DNA of 64,000 bases, taken from NCBI GenBank assembly GCA_965645245.1, contig OZ287074.1, forward strand, positions 1,364,001 through 1,428,000, given 5' to 3'. A program made the position numbers and the translations under genes. Positions 23,420 to 38,111 of the stretch are shown here, in pieces. The DNA is from Massalongia carnosa (taxonomy: Eukaryota). Below the pieces are notes generated by a model. The model saw only the letters and a program-made list of their open reading frames with translations, did not search any database and was not told where the DNA came from. The stretch's first letter is position 1; each line of letters starts with the position of its first letter.

Positions 23420-24744
23420 CAGTCGGGTCTAGGAAGTGACCGAACAGCGCACGTTCCACCCCCATTTTACCCCTCACCCCTAATGATGAAAATCACCCCA
23501 ATCAATCAATTTCCAACTTGATGCTTTGAAACCTTCATATTTCGTCAAATACTGTATGCTGAAGAATATTAAGTCATCAGTATTTAATAGAACCCCCTTT
23601 AGCCTTAATAAGAAAGCGAATACGCTCAGGCATGCTCTCAATGCACCGTCTGAAGTCCTCCTCAGTCAACAGCTCGCATTCCTCCCGAATAGCCTGCTCC
23701 ATGGCCTCAATTGTATGGATTTGGTGATGACGGGCACTGACCCGTATTTTGATAATACGCCAGAGATTCTCAATGGGATTCAAATCGGGTGACTGAGGTG
23801 GCCAATCCATGCGTAAAAGCCCGTTTCGTCTCCCCCAATCAATCACCTTTTTCGAAGTATGATAGCTGGCTCCGTCATCCATCCAGATCGTCAAACCTCG
23901 CCTAGTCAAGCATGCTTCATAAAACGAGAGCCCTAAAGGCCGTAGCACCTCGTCAATGTAGATATCTGAATTCATTCGTCTCCCCTTATTCAAAACGAGC
24001 ATAGGGCCTTTTTCACCCAATCGTATGCTAGCCCAGATGCCCACAGTGCTTCGTCCGCTTTTGAATGTAGGCTTCAGATATCTAGACTCCATGGCCGTGC
24101 CTTTTCGTCTCGTGACGTAGCACGAGCGAGTGTCTAAACCAGTTTCAAACGTAGCTTCATCTGTCCATATAACTCGGCCCCAATCTCCTACCGTCCAATG
24201 CTTATGCTCCTTGCCCCATTTTAGCCTGATTGCTTTGTGACGTGCTGATAGAAACGGCTTTTTTCTAGCCCTGAAACAAAAATAGCCACCGAGCTTCAGA
24301 TATTTTCGTACGGTGACGCGAGAGAGCTTTTGACCCGATTTGGAAGGGGTAGTCAGGGCCAGCAAATTATCGTGTGGATTTTTCTCAACATGGCGAATCA
24401 ATGCCCGTCTGGCACGGACATTTAGCTTGGTTGGCCGACCAGTACGTTTTTTGGGAACGGAAGAGGCGTCGGCTTGTCTCTTAGCTCTATGAACTATGGT
24501 GACCACGGTGGAACGGGCCAGCCGAACTTGACGGGCTATTTCAGCATAGGAATAGTGGACTTCATGAAGGGCTACAACGATAGCAATGGTTTCAGACGAA
24601 TGTTCACGTCTGGCCGTCTTGGGTTTGGAAGGCATTTCGTTGATCAGATGAAAATTGATGGAGAAAGGGGAGGGTGAAGTAAAGGGGGAATTTAGATGAG
24701 GGGAAATTAAGCGAAGTGTTTGCTGACTTCCTAGACCCGATTTG
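23420..24744 (-). mobile_element. Tc1/mariner (DD34E, Tc1-like) transposon, 1,325 bp
   Basis: TA|CAGTCGGGTCTAGGAAGTGACCGAACA at the left end. The right end (reverse complement) reads TA|CAAATCGGGTCTAGGAAGTCAGCAAACA. TA on both sides. Confidence 0.9.
23577..24635 (-). CDS. Tc1-like DD34E transposase, 352 aa, intact
   Basis: N-terminal HTH (SYAEIARQVRLARSTV), GRPTKL, RKKPFLS, WTDEATF, MDDGASYH and WPPQSPDLNPIENLW; 34 residues between the second D and the E. Confidence 0.95.
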   Translation of the reverse strand: MPSKPKTARREHSSETIAIVVALHEVHYSYAEIARQVRLARSTVVTIVHRAKRQADASSVPKKRTGRPTKLNVRARRALIRHVEKNPHDNLLALTTPSKSGQKLSRVTVRKYLKLGGYFCFRARKKPFLSARHKAIRLKWGKEHKHWTVGDWGRVIWTDEATFETGLDTRSCYVTRRKGTAMESRYLKPTFKSGRSTVGIWASIRLGEKGPMLVLNKGRRMNSDIYIDEVLRPLGLSFYEACLTRRGLTIWMDDGASYHTSKKVIDWGRRNGLLRMDWPPQSPDLNPIENLWRIIKIRVSARHHQIHTIEAMEQAIREECELLTEEDFRRCIESMPERIRFLIKAKGGSIKY

Positions 24745-24911
24745 TACAACCGTAGGCGATTGAAGAAATGAAGAAATAAAGCCACTCGCATAGAGTTAAG
24801 CGCTCTCAGCATCATTGGCACATATCTAATAAGCAATTATTGATGTTTTGATAAACTAAATGCACGTCACATTCAACATAACACGTAATCCGCCGTCCCA
24901 GCTATCCAATC

Positions 24912-26566
24912 CTAGTACTCCTCTAAGTGCTCTTCGATCCCGCTCTGATCCACGCCATGTAGGCCAGTGGTCATCAAGCACGTGTGATCGGTGTTTCCCC
25001 AGTTGCTGTTGATCCGTATCGCCACCCTGTCAACGGCGACGCCGTGGCGGGTGAGGTTAGATGTCGTGCGGAATTTCTGAGCACTCAGTGCCGAGTGGAT
25101 GTTGTATTTCCAGTGACCTACAGGGACCCATGTTTCGTCCAATGCTTGCTGCGGATGGAGTCGCCTCAGTTCTGGAACCCAGTTTTTATTAGCTGCTCGC
25201 TTCTCTGGGTCAAACCTCTCTTCTTGTGAAGCCCACGAGCTGAGTATATAGGGATGAATCTCAATTATCTCCCTGGCAATCTTCGCACGAAGATCTGAGT
25301 CCAATATCTGGATCCAAAGCTCGAACTCCTTGGGTGCAGTACCGATATACATAACTGAGCCTTTAGGCTCGTGTTTGATAATAAGTTCGGTGGGAGAGAT
25401 TTTTCTAGCGAGAGTCGCTGCGAGTTGTAATTTACCACGAGTTGAAGGTGCACAATAGCGTTCATCAGCGGGCACAAGCGCATTTTCCGGAGGGCCAGCC
25501 CTGTCTGGCATTCCGGTCAACTTAGGCACTCTTCTGTCGTCAGGGAGCCAATTCCATGGGTGGATCCGGGTCTGGTCATCTCCAAGTACTTTTCGGATGA
25601 AATCAAGAAGGGACGGCTTTTTCTTGTAGATTGCGCGTGGAGAAGTAAGCAAAGCATCCACTTTAGCGCCTTGACCTATTGCCAGCCAGTTGATCTGAGG
25701 TTCTTCAGGTTTGACCAAAACTACCTTCTCACGTAGATCGCATGTTAGTGAGTCATAGTGGGCTTGAATAGACTCATGAACTCGCTCAAAACTATTGGTC
25801 ATGTTCCTAACTTGCCAAGGAGCAAGAGAATCAGAGATGAAGCCACGCTGAATATATTTAATGGTTGGGCTCCACTGGTAGTAAACTCTGCCACCAAAAA
25901 CGACCACAAAGATCATGAAAGCAAAGACGAGCATCCACATTATTGCTTGAACTTTTCCCCAAGCCGAATGAGAGCGAGCAGGGACATTGTTAGTCCGATA
26001 AGGCCGGTAACTTCCTGGAGCGCGACTTGAGAGGTGACTTGGTGCGTGATTGGGGGAGTAGCTAGGTGCACGACTAGGTGCTTGACTTGGTGCGTGACTC
26101 TGAGGCTGGCTTTGACGCTCGCTGACATCACGTGACTGACCCTCTCTCGCATAGTTCTTAAATTTAGTTAGCTGGAACACCACACGCTCGTCGTTACTCC
26201 GTTAAGATTGCCACTAACCTGGTTTAGCTCTGGGATTCGTCCATAGTCCACTGGCGCTTCTTCAACAACGACTGACAAGTTCCCGGCAGCCGATCTGATT
26301 CCAAATTGACCAGCTTGCTCCACTACATTTCCAATGCGATTGGCAGTTGCTTCAGTTGCTGCATGGGACATCAGCTGCTGAGCTAGTGTGTTTTGCTTTT
26401 GTCCAGAGGAGCCATAGGTGTGGGTTGGTCTGTTGATGACACTTGGCTTGCGGCGTCTGGAAGAGCGGATAGATGAAGCGATGTCCACTGGTTCGGAGCC
26501 ATCGGAGCCCGCGCGGGTTGCTGAACGGGTTGCTGAACGTGTGGTCATACCAGAGCGAGAAGACAT
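24912..26566 (-). CDS. Sad1/UNC-84 (SUN)-domain nuclear-envelope protein, about 530 aa, intron 26157-26218
   Basis: Ser/Arg-rich N-terminus, one TM segment (AIMWMLVFAFMIFVVVFGG), then INWLAIGQGA.V....TSP, PENAL, APKEFELW, G.W.YNI and RINSNWGN.DHTCL...LHG. Confidence 0.8.
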
Positions 26567-29386
26567 ATTCCTAGCGGTTATTCGGTATTGTGCTAAACTG
26601 TTTTTGCTGAAGCTTTCCAGAAGCTGTGAAGAAAATGGTGATGCAAGTTATCAAGGCCTACCAGAAGCAGTGTATGAAAGGCGAAATTAAACGGTGAAAG
26701 CTTGCCAGAAGCTGGAATGAAAAGATATGTAAGATGAAGGTGAGGATATGAAAGGAAGAATAAGGAGTGAGGTGGGAGGTGGGGGTTTGTATACCTTCTG
26801 GGCGGGTGTCGAGGGATACCAAAATGTATTCACCAACTCTGTTCTACTTATTATTCGACTGGTGTTTTCCTATTGACGGACTCTTCTTTTGCTATTGAAC
26901 CGCTCCCACGCGTCCCATTGACTTCCCAGCTTCCGAGTGCACAATCAGCCAGCGCGCTACTATTGTCACCGCGTTACACAACCTTTGTAGCGGGGAGTAC
27001 GATTGCTCCCACAGGCTTGGATAGCTTCGAGTCGAGTCAATTTGGTATGCCTGCGTTTCGCGACGGCGCCGGCGATGTCAATGGACTCTACGAAACGAGG
27101 CATTTAGGATCTTTTACTCCTGCAGCACGATATGTTAAACTCAGTTGAATGATGGATGTCTCCTGATGGTAAGAGTAAACAATTATGAGAGTAGTGTTCG
27201 TATGCGGAATGTAAAGAATCTGCAAGCGGAGGCATTGGGCTCCAAAGATTTGAGGGCGCGAACTCGATTCTTTGTTTATCTTGCACGTCTCGTCTCTAAC
27301 TATAGTTAAGCGCGATAAACGCACAAGCTCGACGTATGAGAGAGATTCATCCATCCCTCTTTTGCACAACGAGTTCTTTTTAAATTTCTGATCAGCAATG
27401 GCAGCTTGTCATCATGGGTCTCTTTATGATCTTTTGATATCAGTTAACTTAGAGACTGGATGAAACTTTTAACTCATCATCAAAGTACAGAGTAGTTACG
27501 TTTACTTCCCATGTATGTTCTCGGTCAGGCTTCCTCTATAAAGTATCCTCATGCTTGTCGAGCGTTACCTCAAAGAGGACAATTCTTCTCATTCCCATCA
27601 ACGATTAGTTCACTCCTCGATACGTATGTTGGATCTTTCGATCACCTGAATCGCTTATCGCACTGAAGTGGATTGAGTCTTTCAATCGACAGAAGATGTT
27701 TCGGGTACTCGAGTAATCGGGCCGATTATTTTCACTCCCGTGAACTTTCTCACTAAGATTCTTGGATTTTATCATGATATCCCACGGTCGAGATAAAAAA
27801 TTTGGAGAGATTCCTTGGACATAGTGTTTGTATACATTTACGATATTTTCTAAAATATTAAGTCATCTATGAAAACAAGGTGAAACATCAACTTAAGCAC
27901 AATCCCAGTTGGTGCAGGTATTATATTATGAGAATTTTCGAGATGTCAACTGTACTTTATCATGGATTTACAGAACCCCATAAACCGCAGGAAGCTGTAA
28001 AAATCTTATAGGAGAGGTCACAGATTCGGTATATTAATACCTACATAACACAAGAAAGAAAAAGAGAAAAGAACCAACAAATCAGGATTAGCAATAGAGA
28101 GGCTAAGGAACAAAGACGGCTATTGTCTATTATTGGAGTGGAGCTGATGCGTATATGCGCCAACGAAAAGAATTGAATTATTATGGTCAATAGAGGGTGA
28201 GATTTTTGTTAGAAACTGCTTTCTATCGAGTATTGATGAGATAAAAGACGACGTCGGATATGCTAAATTTCTAAACGCTCTCACTCCACCTTAGGTCGAG
28301 ATAATATTTTACTGGAGAACTCTCCTACGAAGAGACGTTAAGTAAGCTGACCCTGATACATCGCTTTCAAGATTCCACTTCACTTGCTACCCTTCGCTAT
28401 CTATGCATTATTCATGTGTGTTGAAGGCTTCGTGCTTCGGGATTGATATTGGGAAAGTTGTGGGGGGATTGTCCTTCGTACGATCGTTGCTTGGGAGGGT
28501 GTGACACGTGTTTCAGTCGAACGAGGAACACAGATGAGAGACGGAAGATGAGGGAGGGGAGATGGTTGGCATTGAGCGCTCGTCGCGGAACCACTTCACC
28601 GCTGAATCCATCTACCTTACAATGCGTCTTCCTATCTTCCCGTTTCTATATCCCTATGAACTCCTTACTCTATCTATCCGGCACGGACGGCACTCATCAA
28701 GGAGAAGAAACGACCCACCTCGGCCTATCTACCTTAACCTCAGCATAACTATGTAACTGTCTCGACGTTGAGTAGGTATGCATGCCCTTTAAAATCCCCA
28801 GATACCTATTCCTCGAAACGTTATCATCATCATCCCGTTCCTTCTCCCATGAAGGGGTTTTCGATGTTAGGGGTATGTATTCATTGAGCCCGTGTCGGGA
28901 AACTACCATATATACACTACAAAGGGCCCTTAAGTGGGCTTTGGGTAGAGCGGAGTGGATAGGAGACTGTTTTGCCGGTTGCACGGGATTTGCGCTCAAT
29001 TATTATAGCATGGCATGACTGGGTAGGTAGAGGGGTGTATATAATAAACAAGGGTGATATCTTGTACTTATGTCTCTGCAGCCGGGAATCCCTCCCTTCC
29101 TCCCTCCCACATCTTGTTTACCGCGGAAGACAAGAAGAGAGAGAAACAGATAAAGGAAGGAGACCCATGATGAGTGAGAATAACACGGCTTTCCCATCCA
29201 CCTCACTTACATACTACAACTATGTACTGCTCTTTGAAACCCTTGATGTGAAACGAAAAGGCACGAATCAAGCCCAATCCTAAACCCAACACCAAGACCA
29301 AAATCAAAAAGCTCCCGTCCCAAGCTCCTCTGCACCGGCTTGGGAAATTTCCAAGGCAAGCAGACTAGTTACGCCGAAGCAAAGTC

Positions 29387-29974
29387 TCATGTCTGGATCT
29401 TATGATCACCCCTCACCGCCTGCTCATAACTTGGCGGCACGCCTTCCCCCGCGCCTTCACTTGCCCCCTCCCCTCTCCCCACCGGGCCCTGCGACACATC
29501 CGGATTCGCCTTTATGTCTACTTTCGTCTTCTGATTCGCCTTCGCCTTCGCATTCATCCCACCCTCCGTAATAGCGCCATAGCCCCTTCCCTGCCCTCCT
29601 ACACTCCTCCCGCCACTCTCTCTATCCTCGCCGCTAACCTCCCTCCGATCAACGTAGTAGTACGTCACCCTCCCGCTGCCGTTCTCCCCGCCATCGCCCT
29701 GCAAGGCATCGTAGTCGTCGCGTTCCTCGGGGTATAAGGCGATGATGTACCAGGCGTGCAGGAGGCCGGGGATGAAGCCGAGCATGCAGAGCGCGATGTT
29801 GATGAGAGAGTCCGCGGAGCAGACGCCGCGTTTTATCCAGACTGTAATGGAAAGAAAACGTTAGTTGGGGTAGGGGGCGCGTGAGCGAGAGAGACAATGA
29901 GGGAAAAAGGACATACCGGCGATGGGAGGAAAGAGAATGGCGAGCAAACCAAGGAAAACGTCGCTGGTACACAT
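29387..29974 (-). CDS. PMP3/SNA-family proteolipid membrane protein, 2 exons
   Basis: [53 protein letters not shown] and a C-terminal PPSY motif. Confidence 0.88.
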
Positions 29975-30600
29975 TTTCCTTCTTCTTTCCTTTCCTTCTG
30001 TCTATCCTCTTCTTAGATTTCTTCCCTCTTCTTGGTCCGGGAGCTTTTACGAAGGTGGAGGATGGCGATAATGTGGCGAAGTTGGGTAGATTAGGACTCG
30101 TCGCTATTCGGAATTTCAAAGTATTGTTATATGTATAGAGGGTTAAAAGTGTGTTTTAGTTTTTATGTTTTTGATGAGACTACATATAGTCAGGTAAGTA
30201 AGTAGTTGGGTAATAGAGGCAGGTAGGTCGATTGTGGTGCGTAACGCGGGGAAAGGCTGTTTGAGATGCCTAACAGCGAAAGTTCCCGATATAGTACATG
30301 ACTAATAGGGCATAAAGGCGCTAACAAATTTTGGGTTAGGCGGGAAGTCGCGGGACGCTTGGGAACAATTATCAGTAAATCACAAACAATAAATACTTTC
30401 CTGTGATAAGGATGATTCGGTTCTTGGATTGTTTTCTGAAACTGAAAAAGGGCAGCGAGGCCGATGCTATCGCCTTATTGAAGTGATTATTAATGCATCT
30501 CTAATCGCTAGCATTAAACAACCAGTCTAATTGATTCGACGTCTATATGCTCAAATCACGAGCTCTATTTGCAGTTACTCCGAACTTGCACCTCCAATAC

Positions 30601-31973
<1,373 letters not shown>

Positions 31974-32747
31974 TGCCTAGGTCACCTAAAGGTATTAGAC
32001 TTTGCCTTTTGAGTTGATAACTGCGGTAACTACTTTGCACTCCGTACAGCGTATAGTATAGGTCTGCCCCTATTGAGCTTCCCGGGACGGACACCATCAA
32101 CAGAGGCTCACGGGGCACGTGCGGGGCTGGCATTTGAGCGCTAGTTAACTTATTCGGCGTGCGGTTACGTAATAAGGCCCCAGTGAAAAGCATCAACGAG
32201 ATGAGATACTGAACCAACTCCCTTTTTTTTGGAAAAGTAGTAGGTGTAAATAGGTAGTCGGTTGGATTCGGACTAATTGATCCTGCCCGTAGTCTGTCTA
32301 ACTATCAATATGAAGAAGTAAAGTATGGATGCTGTACGCTTTCCACTCCATTTCCCATTTCCAAAATCAATTAACTATGGATTTGCAGTATGGTGTCGAA
32401 AAATCTGCCATCGCCACCCAACCAAGCAATGTAGGCATTCGATACGGTCGTTTTGATGCTAAATATACTGCTATCGTTAAGTCTATAGCCCAGAATCCAA
32501 CAAGCTCTTCATCTGCTAGGCCTTAGAGTGCAGGTCCTGTTCCCGACTTCTCAACCCTATCTTCGAACGGTAAATAACGCTGCAAATCTGTTCGCTAGTA
32601 TTTCAGCGGTTGCTTTTCTAACTTGCCTTGTCTTCCTGTCTGAGGTTAATCTGCAAGTGTCTCCATCCCTCGCTATCCGTCTGTTTCTATTCCTGGCAGC
32701 CAATCTACTTTTTTTTTTTGGCATTTGATGACCCAGAACATTCTATA

Positions 32748-35700
32748 ATGGCGTTAATCATCCCATTTCATCCAGCCAGCGGTATCAGACACGCAACGAA
32801 GCTCAAGTTTCTTAATGAACATGACGAATGCCTGATTGTCGCCAAGTCCAATCGCCTAGAGATCTATGTGCAGAGCCCTGAGGGCTTGTTTTTATCCCAT
32901 TCCCGAGCCATATATGGCAAAATCACCATGCTGGAGCGGCTGCAGCCTGCAAACTCACCCACTGAACACCTCTTCGTCGGCACGGATAGGTATATGTACT
33001 TCACCGTGTCGTGGGATTCCTACACACAGCAGTTACGTACGGAACAGAGCTACGTCGACCAAGCCGATAAGACGGCGCGGGACTCTTTGACTCAGGATCG
33101 ATGTTTGGTGGACCCAACGCGCCAGTTTTTGGCTCTACAGCTCTACGATGGAATTGTAACGATCGTTCCTGCCGTGGGAAAGGGCAAAAGGAAAGGAAAT
33201 CCGGATTCGTTATCCCTGGGGGAGCCTGTGCCTGCAAGGATATCAGACCTTTATATTCGTTCTTCGACTTTTCTTTACCCTCGCAACGTCAAGGGTGAAC
33301 AACCCAAAATTGCCATTTTATTTGAAGACAACCGTCAAAAGGCTTGTCTCAATATTAGGCGTCTGGACTTTACGGCGGGCGGGAGTGGAGAAGCAGGCAC
33401 TGCTGAACTGGAATTCATTACCTTCTCTCGTAGCGATCTTGAGCAAGGAGCAAGCCACCTGATACCGGTCCCAGCGCCTGCATGTACGTATCTAAGAAAC
33501 GCAAACGCTGATAGAACTAATTGCTCTTAGTCGGCCTCCTCATTCTTGCAGAAACATCAATCATGTATCTGGACGAGACAAAGAAGAATGAAATGACTCA
33601 CAGTCTAGAGGAGGCTGCAATTTTCGTCGCCTGGGAAGCAGTTGGTGCCCACCGCTGGCTTCTGGCCGATGAGTATGGACGACTTTACCTGTGCGTGCTT
33701 GGAATTGAAAGTGGCAAAGTGCAAGGCTTCAAGGTTAACTTGCTTGGAACAACCCCAAGAGCTACTGTTCTCGTGCATTTGGACCACAGTTATATCTTTG
33801 TTGGCTCTCACCAAGGGGATTCGCAGGTCATCAGGATTCAAACAGGAGGAGAAGGATTGGAATTGGTGCAGACGATGTCGAATATTGCCCCTATTCTCGA
33901 CTTCACCCTCATGGACATGGGGAGCCGCGGTGGCCAAAGCCAGAGCAACGAATATTCTTCTGGGCAAGCAAGAATAGTCACTGGTTCCGGGGCTTTCCAG
34001 GATGGCAGCCTTCGCAGCATTCGGAGTGGTGTTGGCATAGAACAGCAAGGCTTACTTGGTGCAATGGATCATATCACAGACTTGGTGGCGCTACGATCAA
34101 GTTCTTCTAGCGAGTTTGTGGATTTACTTGCTGTATCTTTTATCGATGAGACGAGGATATTCCAGTTCAGCCCGGATGGAGAAGTCGAAGAACAAGTTGA
34201 ATTCAAGGGTCTCTCCTTGTCCGAAGGTACTCTTCTTGCGATGAACCTACCCAACGATCGTCTTCTGCAAGTCACCGGGTTCTCAGTTCGCACAATCGAC
34301 TTGGAGAATGGCATGGTTGTCTCCGAATGGTCACCACCCACGGCCCAAGTAATAATTGCTGCTTCAGCAAACTCCGAATACCTTGCACTATCAGTAGGGG
34401 GGGTCGAGGCTGTAATTCTCGAGTTAGGAGCGGATCTTGATATCAAGACGAGGAGAACGTTTGAGGATGAAGGCCAAATTGCCTGCATTCATATGCCCAT
34501 GTTCTCGACAGATTTCTGTATTGCAGGTTTCTGGCGAGGCGCTGTTGTTGCGATCCTGAAGCTAGACTCGCTCGAAGCAGTTCAAAGGGTGGTTGTCAGC
34601 GACGACGAAGTATCAGTTCCCCGCTCCATTCTTCTCACTCACTTACTCGCGGGCCAAGCACCTACCCTATTGATAGCTATAGCAAATGGTGAAGTTATTA
34701 CATTTTTCTTGAATCTCAGCGATTTAACTCTCACCGCCAAGAATGTCGTGATCCTTGGCACACAGCAAGCCAACTTCAAGGTTCTCCCCCGCCGTGACGG
34801 GCTTTCCAATGTTTTTGCAACCTGTGAGCATCCAAGCCTAATTTACGGATCAGAAGGGCGGATAGTGTACTCAGCGGTGGCGGCAGAAAATGCCTGTTGT
34901 GTCTGCGCCTTCGACTCGGAAGCGTATCCCGAAGCTATTGCTATTGCAACCGCCACCGATCTCAAAATTGCGGTAGTAGATGCTGAGCGAACTACGCATG
35001 TTCAGACTCTACATGTTCATGAGACTGTCCGAAGAGTTGCTTACTCGACGAATCTGAAAGCTTTTGGTCTCGGTACGATCCGGCGGTCTTTACGCGACGG
35101 CTTTGAGATTGTGCAGAGTCACTTTAAGCTCGCGGATGAAGTTCTGTTCAAGGAACTTGACACGTACGAGCTCAACGAAGATGAATTGGTGGAGAGCGTG
35201 ATCCGAGCGGACTTAAAGGACGAAGAAGGAGAAATGGTCGAGCGTTTTGTGGTTGGCACGGCTTACTTGGACGACCAGCGTGACAAATCAATAAGAGGGA
35301 GAATTATCGTCTTTGCTGTGACTGGTGAACGCACTTTGAAAGTCATCACCGAGTTACCCGTTAAGGGTGCATGTCGAGTCTTGGGCGTAGTAGATGGGAA
35401 TATTGTTGCAGGTCTAGTCAAAACGGTACGCTCCCCAACCTCCTATCCAAGAATAAGCCGATGGTAATTGAACTAAAACAATCAGGTCGTCATTTATACC
35501 CTCTCAGCTCTCTCCCTCCAGAAAGTGGCCTCTTATCGCACATCCACAGCCCCGGTGGACATCGCCGTCAGCGGTAACGTAATCGCGATAGCAGATCTCA
35601 TGAAAAGTGTCTCCGTGCTGGAATACGTCCGCGGCACAAACGGGCTCCCAGACACTCTCAGCGAAACCGCCCGAAATTTCCAGACCTCATGGGCTACGGC

Positions 35701-36293
35701 CGTGGCGCAAGTGGCCGACAACACATTCTTGGAAAGCGATGCTGAGGGCAACCTTACCGTGTTGCACCGTAACGTGAACGGCGTTACAGACGAGGATCGG
35801 AGGAGGATGGAGGTTATGTGTGAGATGAGATTGGGAGAGATGGTCAACCGGATTAGAGTCTTCGACGTCCTAACTTCGCCAAACGCGGTCGTGATTCCAA
35901 AGGCCTTTTTAGCGACCGTATGTCTTTCCGTTCCCCTTCCCAACCGCACCATCTGGAAATCTCACTAACCCGCTCGTTTCCCTTCAGGTTGAGGGTTCCA
36001 TCTATCTCTTCGCCCTTCTCGCTCCTCGCACTCAATCCCTCCTCATGACCCTCCAATCCGCCCTCGCCCCTTTAGTCCAGACCCCCGGAAACGTCCCCTT
36101 TAACGCCTACCGCGCGTTCAAAAGCCAGGTCCGCGCGGCGGACGAGCCCTTCCGCTTCGTGGACGGGGAACTGGTTGAAAAATTCCTAGACCTGGATGAT
36201 GATCTGGCCCGGGAGGTCGTCAAGGAACTGGCCGAGGGATGGGATTTAGAGGGGGTTCGAGGAGTGGTGGAAGGGTTGCGAAGGCTGAGGTAG
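32748..36293 (+). CDS. DDB1: DNA damage-binding protein 1 (CUL4 adaptor), 4 exons
   Basis: LIVAKSNRLEIY, FVGSHQGDSQ, NIAPILDF, IVTGSGAFQDGSLRSIRSGVG, IAIADLMKSV, LGEMVN and RFVDGELVEKFLDL. Confidence 0.95.
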
Positions 36294-36978
36294 GTACGCG
36301 AGGCTTTGGCTGGTTCAGGGAGCGCAGGGATTTACGCACGTATGAGTGTGTACACAACGCATTTCATCGCATGCTTGATGATGATGATGATGAAACATAG
36401 TGGGAGGGGCTTTTTGGCCGGCCATCATGTAAGCTACAGGGTCCGTACATTAAGTACACGCGGGCAAGGGCTAGACTAGCTATTATTTTCATCCTCGCGG
36501 ACGGTACTATTTGTTGATGATCCATACCTCATCTATTAAGTTCTTCCTTCTCTTTGGGGGGGTAATGAGGCGCAGTAACAGGCAGGAATTTTCTCGAAGA
36601 TCGGTCACGATCGGACACGAATCTTCTGGAAAAAAAGGGGGGGTTGGAGACATGAACGGTATTGTGGGTTGAAAGAGTTCTAGATTCTGTTTCCGGAAGG
36701 AGGGCATTTTGGGTTCATCGACCGTTCATTTCCATCGTCACGGCATAGCATCCTAACTAACTATGGTTTCCGAAGTCCGAAGTCCGAAGAAAACAAACGA
36801 AACCCCGAAAAAGAAAAAGGAGTCCCCGCCCCATCCGCACCAAACCCCGCCGTATCCTTTCGCACGCTACGCTAAACGGTAAATTGATCGAATTGCAGCC
36901 CTCTAGCCCCGGGGAACAGAAAAGAGGAAGGAAGCACCAAGGGAGGAGGAGGAGCGGGGGGGTTTTGAGGGTTTCTGT

Positions 36979-38111
36979 TCACAAAAGGGAGCGGAGGATC
37001 TTGATGACGGAGCGAATGCCGTGGAGGACGTTCTCGTCGGGGCCGCGGCCGGGAGTCCATGCGGCGTGGGCGAAGTCGATGAGCTTCAGGCCTTGGATGC
37101 GTGGGAGAGGGAGGGAGTCAGAAGAGGACGAGGATAAGGACAAGGACGAGGAAGAGGAGGAGGAGTTGGAGTGGGTGGAGGTGGTTGAGGGGGGTAAGGA
37201 GATTGGGGGAGTGGATGGATGGGGGAGAATCTCGCTCGATGGGGTGCCTTCCAGCGCTTTCCGTAACGCGGCGAGATCGCCTTCGAAGACGAAGAGGAGG
37301 CTCGACGAGTATATCCTGCTCTCCTCTTTCTCTAGCGCGGCTTGGAGTCCTTCCAGGTCTTCGAGAAAGAGCTCGATTACTTTTCGGATAGTCTTGCCGG
37401 GTGCATCCCCGTGTTTGATGCGGAAGTATTCTTCAAAGCCTTCGTGCACAGTCTCCACGCCGAGGGCCCGCCCATAAGCTTTGTCGTACACACGGTAGCC
37501 GTCTGCTGGTGCTTCGGAGTCCGAGCCCTCCCAGATCCTCATTCCGGCGATTCGGATCCCGAGAGCTTTACTCGTGGTTTCTGCGGCGCTTTTGTCGAGT
37601 CGTTCCCGTTTCGCTGGCGGCGCATCATCCGCCCAGAGGCGAGCGCCAAGTTTGAGGTCGAGGATGTTGGGTTTCTGATAGCGTCCTGCTACGTTTTCCA
37701 ACATAATGGCGGTTTCGGTCGCGATCTTTGCGCCGCATGATGGCGTCCATGTCGGCTCGGCCACGGTGTCGGGCAATCGCCAGAGAGCAGCATCTAATGG
37801 GGTAGGATCATGCGTCAAGGCGCCAGCGGCCGAAGACGCTGGGTCCCTGTCTGGCAAGAGCGACAGCGTTCCCATGAACTTTGGGATGTACCCGGCGAAC
37901 TCGGGATGCGTGGCAGCGGATTCGTAGAAGTTAATCTCGGCCTGCTTACAGGGCTTGATGACGGTGGAACCTGAGCGATCGGAAAGGACACCATCACTGA
38001 ACCATCAGCGTCGGGGGTTACGGAAAAAAAGTATTGGGGATTGACTTACTGACCTGCCGCAGCGTCGCTGAACAAGACGAGCTGCGACTTTCGAAATGGA
38101 TTCTGAGCCAT
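36979..38111 (-). CDS. ARG82: Inositol polyphosphate multikinase (Arg82/Ipk2), 2 exons
   Basis: AAAGH|DGVLSD, EINFYE, PxxxDxKxG motif PNILDLKLG, SSLLFVFEGD and LIDFAHA. Confidence 0.88.

Noticed and set aside
24636..24836. N-terminal 67-aa extension of the 419-aa Tc1 ORF
   Set aside because: It runs through and beyond the TIR; the ATG at 24635 gives a normal-sized transposase.
26700..29300. Gene-free, partly AT-rich stretch as a possible TE relic
   Set aside because: I found no TIRs, LTRs or recognisable protein motifs.
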